Below, in pieces: positions 52,028 to 62,792 of a DNA stretch of 64,000 nt; position 1 is the stretch's first letter, and each line of letters begins with the position of its first letter. The stretch comes from Prochlorococcus sp. AG-347-L21. Lineage in GTDB: Bacteria; Cyanobacteriota; Cyanobacteriia; PCC-6307; Cyanobiaceae. The translations under genes were made by a program, and so were the position numbers. The notes below the pieces were generated by a model. That model searched no databases and had not been told where the DNA came from. It saw only the letters and a program-made list of their open reading frames with translations. Where the stretch lies: positions 54,409-118,408 of the forward strand of contig QCCQ01000001.1 in assembly GCA_003278875.1 (NCBI GenBank). Reading direction: 5' to 3'.

Positions 52028-52151
52028 TTTTTTAGTAGAACTTTTTTACTAAACCTATATAAAAACTATATATAAAGATAAAAATTCGCAAAATTATCAA
52101 CAAATCTAAGTATTACAATTGACTAAGTCAAAAGATGTTAAATCTTATTTT

Positions 52152-52167
52152 TGTATCAATAGTAACA
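52152..52167 (+). promoter_or_regulatory. NtcA-like box upstream of hypothetical-glnB operon
   Basis: TGTA-TCAATAGT-AACA (one mismatch to GTA-N8-TAC), ~50 bp before 52219. Confidence 0.55.
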
Positions 52168-52218
52168 TTCATAATGTCCACTGAAAGGTTTATATGTGTT
52201 TAGTCTAATGAAAAATTA

Positions 52219-52464
52219 ATGGACATTTGTTTGATAACTATTGATAACAACTTAAATAAATCGCTTCAACCAAAAACTGCAATTGGAATGTTATGGCTTC
52301 AAACTCACTTTGAGAATGATCAGTGGGAAGCGTTGTCAAATAGTACAGTAATAATTTCTGAAGAAAATTCCCGACTATTAATTGAAGACGCCAAGAATGC
52401 AGGCCTTAATGTTGAATGTTTTTCTGATATTTCAATGTTGGATGTTTTCCCAAAAAACAATTAA
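52219..52464 (+). CDS. Conserved hypothetical protein upstream of glnB
   Basis: LQP.T..GMLWLQTHFE..QWEAL. Confidence 0.85.
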   Translation: MDICLITIDNNLNKSLQPKTAIGMLWLQTHFENDQWEALSNSTVIISEENSRLLIEDAKNAGLNVECFSDISMLDVFPKNN

Positions 52465-52827
<363 letters not shown>

Positions 52828-52828
52828 T

Positions 52829-53641
52829 TCAAAGAGTTTCTTTTACTAAATTTTGTATATATTCACTATTAATACTTTTATTTGATTCACTTCCTAAGGT
52901 CATCCAAGCTAGATATTCATGATTCCCAGCGGGACCTACCAGCGGAGAAGCTATCAAATTCTTTATATTCCATTGGAAATTCTTAGCAGCATAGATAACA
53001 GACTCTATAGCCTCAGTATGTAATTTAGGATTGCGAACAACACCTCCTTTACTGACTTTATCTTTACCTACCTCAAATTGGGGTTTAATTAAAAATATTC
53101 CCTCAATACAATCACCTTCTAATAAATTACCAATAGATTTAAAAACTAACTTTAATGAAATAAAAGACAAATCAGCAACAACAAAATTTGGTAATTCATT
53201 ACTTCTAGATAAAAGATCATTAGGTTTTAAATTTCGAATATTAGTTCGTTCAAAAAGTATGACTTTTGGGTTATTTCTAATCTTCCATGCAGTTTGTCCA
53301 TAACCAACATCTATCCCATAAACTAACTTTGCGCCTTGTTGCAATAAGCAATCAGTAAATCCCCCAGTAGAGATTCCTGCGTCAATACATATTTTGTCTT
53401 TTACTTTAATTTCAAGTTTTTTAAATGCCTCCAATAATTTTTCGCCGCCCCTTGATACAAACATAGGCTCGGAATCAATAAAAAACTCAGATCCAATTAA
53501 TACTTGTTGTCCAGGTTTATCCAATACTTTCCCGTTGATATCTCTGACCTTGCCCGCAAGAATTAAACCTTGGGCTTTTTGACGAGTTTCACATAAACCT
53601 TTATTTAGAAGATAAAGATCTAATCTGCTTTTTTTAATCAT
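52829..53641 (-). CDS. tlyA: TlyA family rRNA methyltransferase
   Basis: S4 domain RLD, VSRGG.KL, D.G.STGGFTD, DLSFISL, KPQFE, GN.E. Confidence 0.93.
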   Translation of the reverse strand: MIKKSRLDLYLLNKGLCETRQKAQGLILAGKVRDINGKVLDKPGQQVLIGSEFFIDSEPMFVSRGGEKLLEAFKKLEIKVKDKICIDAGISTGGFTDCLLQQGAKLVYGIDVGYGQTAWKIRNNPKVILFERTNIRNLKPNDLLSRSNELPNFVVADLSFISLKLVFKSIGNLLEGDCIEGIFLIKPQFEVGKDKVSKGGVVRNPKLHTEAIESVIYAAKNFQWNIKNLIASPLVGPAGNHEYLAWMTLGSESNKSINSEYIQNLVKETL

Positions 53642-53922
53642 ATATTAATCAATAAAAAAGACTGAATAATGAACTTCTATGAGATTAAGATCCAAATTCT
53701 TTAATACCTTTCAATTTTAAATAAGAACTAAAAAATTACCCATGATTAACTAAGTAATATATGCAAACATTTTTATATTTAAGCTTTCTTAATTTAGCCA
53801 GAAAAATGTTACATAAGAAAATAATTGCCAAGTAAATATGTTCAATGGCAAGTACATCTTTAAAGGTATAGGGCAATAACTTAATTTTGTTATAAAGTTT
53901 AAATTGATAATAAATAAAAATT

Positions 53923-55218
53923 GTGATCGAGCGTTACACATTACCCGAAATGGGGAAAATCTGGACTGAAAGCACAAAATTCCAGAGTTGGCTTAAGGTT
54001 GAAATAGCTGCATGTGAAGCAAATTTTTCCCTCGGGAAAATCCCTGATAATGCCATGAAAGAGATACGTTCAAATGCAAAGTTTGATGAATCTAGAATTA
54101 CAGAAATTGAGAAAGAAGTTAAACATGATGTAATAGCATTTCTTACAAGCGTTAATGAATTTGTAGGAGATTCAGGAAGATACATACATGTTGGTATGAC
54201 CAGTAGTGATGTACTTGATACTGGCTTATCTCTTCAGTTAGTAGATTCTTGCGAATTGTTATTAGAAGAAATTGAGAAACTAGAAAATGAGGTCAGATTA
54301 TTAGCAAGAAAGCATAAAAATACATTAATGATTGGCAGATCTCATGCAATTCATGGGGAGCCAATTTCCTTCGGTTTTAAACTTGCTGGATGGTTAGCAG
54401 AAATAATAAGGAACAAAAAAAGGTTGTTAACTCTGAAAGATTCTGTAGCAATTGGACAAATAAGTGGTGCAATGGGAACTTACGCTAATACGAATCCTAA
54501 AGTAGAACAAATAACTTGTGATTTACTCGGTTTAAAACCTGATACAGCAAGTACGCAGGTTATATCGAGAGACAGACATGCAGAATATGTGCAAACTATT
54601 GCACTAGTTGGTGCTTCTTTAGATAGATTCGCAACTGAAATAAGAAATTTACAAAGAACTGATGTTTTAGAAGTTGAGGAGGGCTTTACAAAAGGGCAAA
54701 AAGGAAGTTCTGCCATGCCTCATAAAAGAAATCCTATTCGAAGTGAAAGAGTAAGTGGTTTAGCAAGAATTTTGAGGAGTTACGTCTTGACAGCACTTGA
54801 AAATGTTCCACTTTGGCACGAAAGAGATATAAGCCATAGTTCTAATGAACGTATCATGCTACCTGACGTATCAATCTGCTTACATTTTATGCTCAGGGAA
54901 ATGCAAGATATAGTAAGCAATTTAGAAGTTTATCCAAAAAATATGCTCAAAAATTTAAATATATATGGTGGTGTAATCTTTAGTCAGAAAGTTTTACTTT
55001 TGCTTGTAGAGAAGGGCTTGTCTAGAGAAAAAGCTTATAGCTTAGTACAAAAAAATGCACATCAGGCCTGGAATACTCAGAATGGAAATTTCAAACAAAA
55101 TATAGAGAGAGATAATGAAATTATGGATTTTATTGATCAAAGTGAATTAGAAGAATGTTTTAATCCTTCAATTCATCTTAATAATTTAAGTGTAATATGG
55201 GAGAAGTTAGGTATCTAG
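53923..55218 (+). CDS. purB: Adenylosuccinate lyase
   Basis: MIERY, HDV.AF, GRSH..H, GSSAMPHKRNP. Confidence 0.97.
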   Translation: MIERYTLPEMGKIWTESTKFQSWLKVEIAACEANFSLGKIPDNAMKEIRSNAKFDESRITEIEKEVKHDVIAFLTSVNEFVGDSGRYIHVGMTSSDVLDTGLSLQLVDSCELLLEEIEKLENEVRLLARKHKNTLMIGRSHAIHGEPISFGFKLAGWLAEIIRNKKRLLTLKDSVAIGQISGAMGTYANTNPKVEQITCDLLGLKPDTASTQVISRDRHAEYVQTIALVGASLDRFATEIRNLQRTDVLEVEEGFTKGQKGSSAMPHKRNPIRSERVSGLARILRSYVLTALENVPLWHERDISHSSNERIMLPDVSICLHFMLREMQDIVSNLEVYPKNMLKNLNIYGGVIFSQKVLLLLVEKGLSREKAYSLVQKNAHQAWNTQNGNFKQNIERDNEIMDFIDQSELEECFNPSIHLNNLSVIWEKLGI

Positions 55219-55266
55219 GATTACTGAAAACCTTATCTAAGTTAAACCAGTGTTTTCAGAGGAATA

Positions 55267-56652
55267 ATGACCAAAAACTTTAGGATTGAAAAAGATAGTA
55301 TGGGAACAATAGAGGTTCCCATAGAAGCTTTGTGGGGTGCTCAAACACAAAGATCAATAATAAATTTTTCTATTGGAGAAGAATTAATTCCAATTGAGTT
55401 AATTTACTCTCTGACCATCATAAAAAAAGCTGCTTCAATTGCGAATTTCAATTTAGGTTTAATTGATAGAAGGAAAAAAGATTTGATTGTAGAGGCATGT
55501 ACGGAAATACTTGAGGGGCTTCACGATTCACAGTTTCCCTTAAAGGTTTGGCAAACTGGTAGTGGCACACAAACAAATATGAATGTTAATGAGGTAATTT
55601 CAAATATTGCAGCTTTAAAAACTAATTCAGAGCTTGGTAGTCATCAACCAATTCATCCGAATGATGATGTAAATAAATCTCAGTCAACTAATGACACTTT
55701 TCCCGCTGCTATCCAAATATCTGTTGTTAATGAAATAATCAAAAATTTAGTTCCAACGATCAGAGAACTTACTAAGGTCCTTGATAAAAAAAGTGAAGAA
55801 TGGAAAGACCTTATAAAGATAGGAAGAACCCATTTTCAAGATGCAGTTCCCCTTACTTTTGGGCAAGAAATATCAGGATGGTCAGAACAACTTAAAGATG
55901 CTGAGAATGCAATTATTTTGAGTCTGAATGAATTGTATTTCTTACCTCTGGGAGGAACTGCAGTTGGTACAGGGATTAATTGTCCAAAAGGATTTTGTGA
56001 AGAGTCTATAAAATCAATTTCCGATGATACTAATCTAATGTTCTATAAATCAAAAAATAATTTTTCCATCATGGCCTCGCATGATCGTCTTGCTCAAGTA
56101 ATGAGTCAGATAAAAATATTAGCAGGTGCATTGTTTAAAATTTCAAATGATATAAAAATTTTATCTTCTGGTCCAAGATCAGGAATATATGAACTAATTA
56201 TTCCTCAAAATGAACCTGGAAGTTCTATTATGCCGGGCAAGGTGAATCCAACTCAATGCGAAGCCTTATCAATGGTTTGTACTCAGATAATGGGTTTTGA
56301 ATATGCAGTCTCAATGGCAAATTCTAGCGGCACTTTACAGATGAATGAATATAAGCCTCTTATTGGATTTAATATTCTCACAAGTTTAAAATTGCTTAAA
56401 AATGTAATAGAGAACTTCAGAACAAAATTAGTTGATGGGATGGAACCTAATCAAAAGAGAATGAAGTTAAATTTAGAAAATTCACTAATGCTGGTCACAG
56501 CCATAGTGCCAAAAATTGGTTATGAAAAAGCAGCTGAAATTGCAAACCTTGCCTTCAAAGAATCATTAAATTTAAAAGAGGCAACAATTAAATTAGGTTA
56601 TTTAAACGAAGATGAATTTGATGAAGCAATGAATATCAATTCAATGATTTGA
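55267..56652 (+). CDS. fumC: Class II fumarate hydratase
   Basis: R.EKDSMG, WQTGSGT, HPNDDVN.SQSTND, GSSIMPGKVNP. Confidence 0.97.
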   Translation: MTKNFRIEKDSMGTIEVPIEALWGAQTQRSIINFSIGEELIPIELIYSLTIIKKAASIANFNLGLIDRRKKDLIVEACTEILEGLHDSQFPLKVWQTGSGTQTNMNVNEVISNIAALKTNSELGSHQPIHPNDDVNKSQSTNDTFPAAIQISVVNEIIKNLVPTIRELTKVLDKKSEEWKDLIKIGRTHFQDAVPLTFGQEISGWSEQLKDAENAIILSLNELYFLPLGGTAVGTGINCPKGFCEESIKSISDDTNLMFYKSKNNFSIMASHDRLAQVMSQIKILAGALFKISNDIKILSSGPRSGIYELIIPQNEPGSSIMPGKVNPTQCEALSMVCTQIMGFEYAVSMANSSGTLQMNEYKPLIGFNILTSLKLLKNVIENFRTKLVDGMEPNQKRMKLNLENSLMLVTAIVPKIGYEKAAEIANLAFKESLNLKEATIKLGYLNEDEFDEAMNINSMI

Positions 56653-56662
56653 TTAAAAAAAT

Positions 56663-59389
56663 TTAAAAAATATTGTCAATTCTTTTTGTTGCAGGATTAA
56701 TATCATCAGAGACTTTTATAAGATCATGAGATTCAGAAACAGGAAAACGATTAATAGCTTTTAATGCTAGCTTAGCTTTACTTTTTAATTTATTACTAAC
56801 ACCAATACAGTATTGCACTTGAGAAAGGACATCAATTGATCTTCTAAGAATCCTCACTACATCTCCTTCGTCTAATGAAGTATTAAAAACCAAATCTTTC
56901 CATTTTTTTCCTCTTGCCCATTCAGAAACAATTCCAGTCAACTCTGTTTCTAAATAGATAGGAATTTCAATATGAAACTTATTTTGTTGAAAAGAGACTA
57001 ATTTTCTTAAACCATCTAATTCATTTAAAACATCTATTATCTTTAAGGAAGGCTTGAAATTACACCAAAGATTAGGCCTCCTTACATCAACACATATAGC
57101 TTGAATAATTGCAGCTAACTCAGGAGGATCTAAATCGTCTAAATAACCACTAACTAAAACAAGACCAATCCATAATCCATTTTCACTTCTTATTGCGCCA
57201 ACAGTTTGTCCAACCTCTGTCAATTCCAAATCATTTAAACAACCAAAATGATTCAAAATTTTAATCAAATCAGTAAAAGTTCTCCAGTTATGATTTTCTT
57301 TATCCTCAAGAAGTTTTTTTCTAATATTTATTTCTTGTTCAACATCAATAATTCTTTTTCTATATTTCTTTAATTTCTTGGAGTCTCCAAATCTGTGTGC
57401 AGGATGCTCAGTAACTGTTTCTTCTAAATTATTGATTTGTTGCTTTTGTGCCAAAACTTCTGTTGTCAAATCATATTGTGGAGTTTGTAAATCATTTTTT
57501 TTAGAAACTTCTAAAATTCGATCCGCATAACACTGCGACATATCATCTCCCCTAAATACCTCTCCAGAAAAAAACATCTTTGGCACTTCAAGTCCTAAGA
57601 CATCAATTGCATCCAAATTATTAAAAATACTTACTATGTATGAGGGTTTTATAAGAATAAATAAATTATCAATCGTCAAACACAATAAACTCTTAATTTT
57701 TTGGGATTCATATATTTTCTTACAAATTAATCCTGGAACAATTTTTCTTTTAATTTGGGGAGCTTTGATTGAAATTAAGCTTCCATCTTTAATATATGGA
57801 AGTGCATTGGTTATCTCTTCCGATAATTTTTCCGCTGATTGTTTTTCTAAAATTTTCAAGAGTCTTCTCTCTTCTTTAAGACGATTTTTTAACTTTTCGT
57901 ATGCATCAAAATCTTTCCATGAAACGTTAGATGTAATTTTTTTTAACTCAATTAAATCCTTATCTAAATTTTCAAGAATTTTATTCTCACCTGACGCTTC
58001 ACCTAAATATAAAAAACTACCAAAACTTCTTTTAATTAATTCTTTAGACTTCTCTAAAGTATAACTTTGTAAAAGATTAAGTACCATTCCATAGCTTGGA
58101 GTGAATTGACTTTCTAAAGCGTTTGGTTTGCTTATAGCTAGTGCACTTGCTTCTTTGGCACCTTCGAATCTCGTTTGTAATGTAACAACATATCCCTGGG
58201 TATCTTTTCCTCTTCTTCCAGCTCTTCCTGACATTTGCAAAAATTCACTGCTAAATAATAATCTATGACCATCTTCTGTCCTTTTTGATAAAGAAGAGAT
58301 AACAGTTGTTCTTGCGGGCATATTTATTCCTGCAGCAAGAGTTTCAGTTGCAAAAACAACTTTTATTAAACCTTGCTGAAATAATTCCTCAACTAATTCT
58401 TTCCATGCAGGCAATAATCCAGCATGATGGGATGCAATACCGCGTTTTAATGCCTCGCATTGAGATTTATCTTTAATTGCTTCCTGATTATTTTTAAGAT
58501 AAACATCTAATTTTTGGGATATCATACTTGCTTCTGAATAACTTACTAAAGTTAAATCTTTTATATTCTCAATTGCCTTGTCACATCCTCTTCTACTAAA
58601 AATAAAATAAATAGCTGGCAACATATTTCGTTCAGCTAGTTTCGAGATCACAAAGCCAATTGAGGGAGACTTTGGTTGCATTATCCTACCCACTTTTCCT
58701 CTTATTTTCTGCCCTTTAGGAGCTCTCCAAATCTTACAGTTTGGATGAATTCCATTACCCTTATTATTTAAAAGTGGATGGAGGCCTTTAACACTACAAA
58801 AAATAAAATCAAGTGGGACCGGTCTCTTATCACTATTAATTAGTACTGTGGGCCCATGAACTTTTTCTATCCAATTTTGCAATTGATCTGCATTGGCTAT
58901 TGTTGCTGATAAAGCTATTATTTGAGTTCTAGTAGGGCAATGGATTATAGTTTCTTCCCAAACTGTACCTCTTTGGGGGTCATTCATATAATGACATTCA
59001 TCAAGAATTACAGATTCTAAATTTTCTAAGGGATCATCAAATTCATCAAATTCGCCATAAAGCATGTTCCTAAAAATCTCAGTCGTCATGACTAAGATTG
59101 GTGCTTCTCTATTTATGCTTATATCTCCAGTTAAAAGACCAACTTTATTCTCACCATATTGATTAGCAAAATCTCTAAACTTTTGGTTTGATAGGGCCTT
59201 TAAAGGTGTTGTATAAAAAACTCTGCTGTCATGAGATAAGCCTCTATATATAGCAAATTCACCTATTAATGTTTTACCCGAACCTGTTGGTGCCGTTAAA
59301 ACAACAGAATTTCCGCTATTTATAGCTTGTATTGCTTCTAATTGGAAATCATCTAGCGGAAAGGGGAAATATTCCTCTAAATTAAGCAA
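56663..59389 (-). CDS. Ski2-like (HelY/DSHCT) DEAD/DEAH-box RNA helicase
   Basis: APTGSGKT, PLKALSNQK, DECH, SAT, TETLAAGINMPA, QMSGRAGRRG, EGD.VR. Confidence 0.93.
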   Translation of the reverse strand: MLNLEEYFPFPLDDFQLEAIQAINSGNSVVLTAPTGSGKTLIGEFAIYRGLSHDSRVFYTTPLKALSNQKFRDFANQYGENKVGLLTGDISINREAPILVMTTEIFRNMLYGEFDEFDDPLENLESVILDECHYMNDPQRGTVWEETIIHCPTRTQIIALSATIANADQLQNWIEKVHGPTVLINSDKRPVPLDFIFCSVKGLHPLLNNKGNGIHPNCKIWRAPKGQKIRGKVGRIMQPKSPSIGFVISKLAERNMLPAIYFIFSRRGCDKAIENIKDLTLVSYSEASMISQKLDVYLKNNQEAIKDKSQCEALKRGIASHHAGLLPAWKELVEELFQQGLIKVVFATETLAAGINMPARTTVISSLSKRTEDGHRLLFSSEFLQMSGRAGRRGKDTQGYVVTLQTRFEGAKEASALAISKPNALESQFTPSYGMVLNLLQSYTLEKSKELIKRSFGSFLYLGEASGENKILENLDKDLIELKKITSNVSWKDFDAYEKLKNRLKEERRLLKILEKQSAEKLSEEITNALPYIKDGSLISIKAPQIKRKIVPGLICKKIYESQKIKSLLCLTIDNLFILIKPSYIVSIFNNLDAIDVLGLEVPKMFFSGEVFRGDDMSQCYADRILEVSKKNDLQTPQYDLTTEVLAQKQQINNLEETVTEHPAHRFGDSKKLKKYRKRIIDVEQEINIRKKLLEDKENHNWRTFTDLIKILNHFGCLNDLELTEVGQTVGAIRSENGLWIGLVLVSGYLDDLDPPELAAIIQAICVDVRRPNLWCNFKPSLKIIDVLNELDGLRKLVSFQQNKFHIEIPIYLETELTGIVSEWARGKKWKDLVFNTSLDEGDVVRILRRSIDVLSQVQYCIGVSNKLKSKAKLALKAINRFPVSESHDLIKVSDDINPATKRIDNIF

Positions 59390-59529
59390 TAATTGTGATT
59401 GAAGAGAGGATGAGTTAACTTCTTAATATATGATCTATATAGATATTAATAAACAAAAAATACCTTGCAAACTTTAATAGTAAATCTAAATCTTTTTAAT
59501 TAAATCCACTATAATTTTATTTTGCCAAA

Positions 59530-60669
59530 ATGAAAAAAATAAAAATTCCAAAAAATAGAATCCGTAAATTAAAAACATTTTCTTTAGGTAAAAAACCCTT
59601 CGAACTTCTAAGTTTAAATTCGCAAAATAAAAAACTTATAGACTTATGCAGTAATGATTATTTTGGATTAAGCAGGGACAAGGATTTAATAAAAGCTGCT
59701 TACGAAATAAGTTTGTTGGAAGGCATTGGTTCAGGAAGTTCTAGGTTTATTACAGGTTCAAGACCAATACATAAATTATTAGAAACAGAACTTGCCAAAT
59801 GGCTTGATCAGGAGAAAGTATTACTTTTCCCAAGCGGATTTCAAGCAAATATAGCCGCTATCCAAGCTTTAGCAAACAGAAATAGTATCGTAATAGCAGA
59901 TAAATTGATCCATAACTCTTTATTAGTTGGAGTCAAAGCTGCTCAAGCAAAACTAGTTCGATTCTCACACAATAATTTAAAAGATTTAGAAGATAAAATT
60001 ATTAAATCTAACCCCACAAAAAATTCCATTTTAGTTGTTGTTGAATCTCTTTACAGCATGGAGGGATCAATTACTCCGCTCAGAGAAGTAACGGACATTT
60101 GCAAAAAAAATAGTGTTCAATTATTAGTTGACGAAGCTCATGCAATTGGGATCTTGGGCCCTGAAGGCAGAGGTTTAAGTTTTAATTGTCGTTCAGATAT
60201 AACTATGATTACTGGAACTTTTGGAAAAGCATTTGGAAGCGGTGGAGCTTTCATAGCTTCCAATTCAGAAATTGGAGAATATCTTATCCAAACAAGTGGT
60301 GCATTTAGGTATACAACCGCACTTGCGCCATCTTTGGCCGCTGGGGCGCTAGAAGGTTTAAAAAAAATTTTAGAAAATAAAGAATGGGGTAATGATTTGT
60401 TATCTTCTGCGAATATATGGAAAAATGAAATTATTAAAAATTTTAGTTTTCCAGTCCAGGGAGATTCTCACATTTTATCAATTATTGTTGGCCAAGAAGA
60501 GAAAGCAATTTATCTACAAAAATATCTCGAAGAAAATGGGTTTTTAGCAATTGCAATAAGACCTCCAACTGTTCCAATAGGGCAATCAAGAATCAGAATA
60601 ACAATACGAAGAAACTTAGATTTTAATCTGCTAAATAATTTCATTGCAGTATTAAAAGAGTTTAAATGA
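59530..60669 (+). CDS. bioF: 8-amino-7-oxononanoate synthase
   Basis: SNDY.GL, SGFQAN, H.S, ESLYSMEG, DEAHA, TFGKAFG, IRPPTVP. Confidence 0.95.
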   Translation: MKKIKIPKNRIRKLKTFSLGKKPFELLSLNSQNKKLIDLCSNDYFGLSRDKDLIKAAYEISLLEGIGSGSSRFITGSRPIHKLLETELAKWLDQEKVLLFPSGFQANIAAIQALANRNSIVIADKLIHNSLLVGVKAAQAKLVRFSHNNLKDLEDKIIKSNPTKNSILVVVESLYSMEGSITPLREVTDICKKNSVQLLVDEAHAIGILGPEGRGLSFNCRSDITMITGTFGKAFGSGGAFIASNSEIGEYLIQTSGAFRYTTALAPSLAAGALEGLKKILENKEWGNDLLSSANIWKNEIIKNFSFPVQGDSHILSIIVGQEEKAIYLQKYLEENGFLAIAIRPPTVPIGQSRIRITIRRNLDFNLLNNFIAVLKEFK

Positions 60670-61379
60670 AACAAGTTATTACTCAACATGGGTGGGGACT
60701 AAATAAATATTTCTGGGATGATTATAAAGTTGATTTTTTAAATAATAATTGGCATTGGCAAGATAATGAAAGGGGCTATTTTTCGACAAATAATTATCAA
60801 GCAACATGGATTAAAAGCGAATCTAAAAAAGAAATCAGAATGACTTTATGCCATTCATTTGGTTTTCATTTAATGTCAAAAAAAATTTTAAAAGAAGCAA
60901 CTCATATTGTTCTTATAAATTCTTTTAATAATTTTCTTCCTTTAAGTAATAAGAGAAGCTTTATTTTGAGGTCTCTAAAAAGAATGGAAGCAAAAATTAT
61001 AAAAAATGAACCCAAGGATATTTTGAAAGAATTTATATATAGATCATTTATGCCAAATCATATGAATAATAGTTTTAAAAATATCTTTTATAAAAGTCTA
61101 GAGAGTGTAAACAAAACTCTTCTTTTAAGTGATTTAAAAGAACTTTACATCAATAGAGATTTTCCAGTATTTTTAAGAAAAGATTGCAAAATTATTTTTA
61201 TAAAATCAGAAAATGATTTGATTCTTGACAACGAATCAAATAATAACTTTTTAGATTCCTTAAATAAAACACTTGAAAGGAAACCAATTTTAATTAAATT
61301 AGCTCAACAAGGTCATTGCTTGAATAATTTAAATTTATACGAAATCTTACATAATACACTTAATGATGAAAATGGATAG
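60666..61379 (+). CDS. bioK: Pimeloyl-ACP methyl ester esterase (cyanobacterial BioK type)
   Basis: HGWG and CHSFG alpha/beta-hydrolase motifs; between bioF and bioC. Confidence 0.75.
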   Translation: MKQVITQHGWGLNKYFWDDYKVDFLNNNWHWQDNERGYFSTNNYQATWIKSESKKEIRMTLCHSFGFHLMSKKILKEATHIVLINSFNNFLPLSNKRSFILRSLKRMEAKIIKNEPKDILKEFIYRSFMPNHMNNSFKNIFYKSLESVNKTLLLSDLKELYINRDFPVFLRKDCKIIFIKSENDLILDNESNNNFLDSLNKTLERKPILIKLAQQGHCLNNLNLYEILHNTLNDENG

Positions 61380-62130
61380 TAAAAAGTGGAATGAGAAAAT
61401 ACAAAATAATTTCAATGATGCTGCATATCGATATTTAGAGCATTCAAATATTCAGAAATTTTTTGCAAAAAAGATTGTTAATCTTATCAAAGAATTAAAT
61501 CCCCAAAAAAAAGGTGAATGGATAGATCTAGGATCAGGACCAGGACTATTAGCAGATGAAATAGAAAAAATTTCTCCACAAAAAGTATCCAGAATTGATT
61601 TCAGCAAGAAAATGCTTCTTGAGAATAAATTATCTAGAAAAAAAATTTTATGGGATTTGAATAATGATTTACCTTCTGAAGTAAAAAACTGTTCTCTATT
61701 AACATCTAATTTTTGCATACATTGGTTAGAAAACCCAGAAAAGAATATAAAAAATTGGTTTAGCAAATTAACACCCGGTGGTTTTTTAATCATTTCATAT
61801 CCAACAAAAGATTGTTTTCCTGAATGGAAAGATACTTGTAAAAAAATTGATATTGAATATAGTGGTCTTAATTTCCTTTGCTCTAAAGAATTATTAAAAG
61901 ATTTCAAATCAACTGAAATACATTATTCAAAACAGTTTAATTATCTTGAAAATTTTGAAGATGTATATAAACTTTTTAGAAGCATTAAAAATGTAGGAGC
62001 ACAATCAACAAACTGTAAACGCAAAACAGTGAAAGAGTTAAAGGAAATTCAAAAGTTTTGGCCAAAGAATTACAATAATACAGTAAACCTTTCATGGCAA
62101 ATTGAGATTCAAATCATAAAGAAATTATGA
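61363..62130 (+). CDS. bioC: Malonyl-ACP O-methyltransferase
   Basis: F..AA..Y....IQ, DLGSGPG, SNF..HW; operon position. Confidence 0.85.
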   Translation: MMKMDSKKWNEKIQNNFNDAAYRYLEHSNIQKFFAKKIVNLIKELNPQKKGEWIDLGSGPGLLADEIEKISPQKVSRIDFSKKMLLENKLSRKKILWDLNNDLPSEVKNCSLLTSNFCIHWLENPEKNIKNWFSKLTPGGFLIISYPTKDCFPEWKDTCKKIDIEYSGLNFLCSKELLKDFKSTEIHYSKQFNYLENFEDVYKLFRSIKNVGAQSTNCKRKTVKELKEIQKFWPKNYNNTVNLSWQIEIQIIKKL

Positions 62131-62792
62131 GTATTCACAAAAATATTTTCAAATTTATAATTTGTGGAACAGATACTGATATTGGGAAAACTTTAATAAG
62201 CTCTTTTTTCGTTAAAGGATTAAATGCCTTTTATTGGAAGCCTATTCAAAGTGGTATTGAATCGCGAACTGATAGTCAAACTGTTGAAAAACTTGCACAA
62301 GTAAGTAAGGAGAAAATAATCAAAGAAGCTTATGTCTTTACAAAACCTCTGTCTCCGCATTGGGCCGCTGAAATAGATCAACAAGCTATTAACTTTGACA
62401 AGTTGAGATTGCCAAAAGTACAAAGCTCGCTAATTATAGAAACTGCAGGTGGATTAATGGTTCCAATAACACGCAATTTTTTGCAAATAGATCAAATAAA
62501 AGAATGGAATCTTCCGGTAATACTTGTATGTAAGAGCTCACTTGGCACTCTTAACCATACCTTGCTTAGTATTGAGGCCTTAAAACGAAGAAAGATTGAG
62601 ATTTTAGGTTTAGTAGTCAATGGCGAAAAACACCTAGATAATCCAAAAACTATAGTTGATTTTAGTGGTATTCCTTTAATTGCTGAATTTCCTTACATCA
62701 AAAAAATGGACTCAAATAATTTAGATATACTATGGAAAGAATTAGACATCAAGAATAAGTTGATCTCACTATTAAACTCAAAAATAAGTTAA
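62127..62792 (+). CDS. bioD: Dethiobiotin synthase
   Basis: GTDTDIGKT, KPIQSG, SPH.AA, ETAGG..VP, LGTLNH. Confidence 0.96.
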   Translation: MSIHKNIFKFIICGTDTDIGKTLISSFFVKGLNAFYWKPIQSGIESRTDSQTVEKLAQVSKEKIIKEAYVFTKPLSPHWAAEIDQQAINFDKLRLPKVQSSLIIETAGGLMVPITRNFLQIDQIKEWNLPVILVCKSSLGTLNHTLLSIEALKRRKIEILGLVVNGEKHLDNPKTIVDFSGIPLIAEFPYIKKMDSNNLDILWKELDIKNKLISLLNSKIS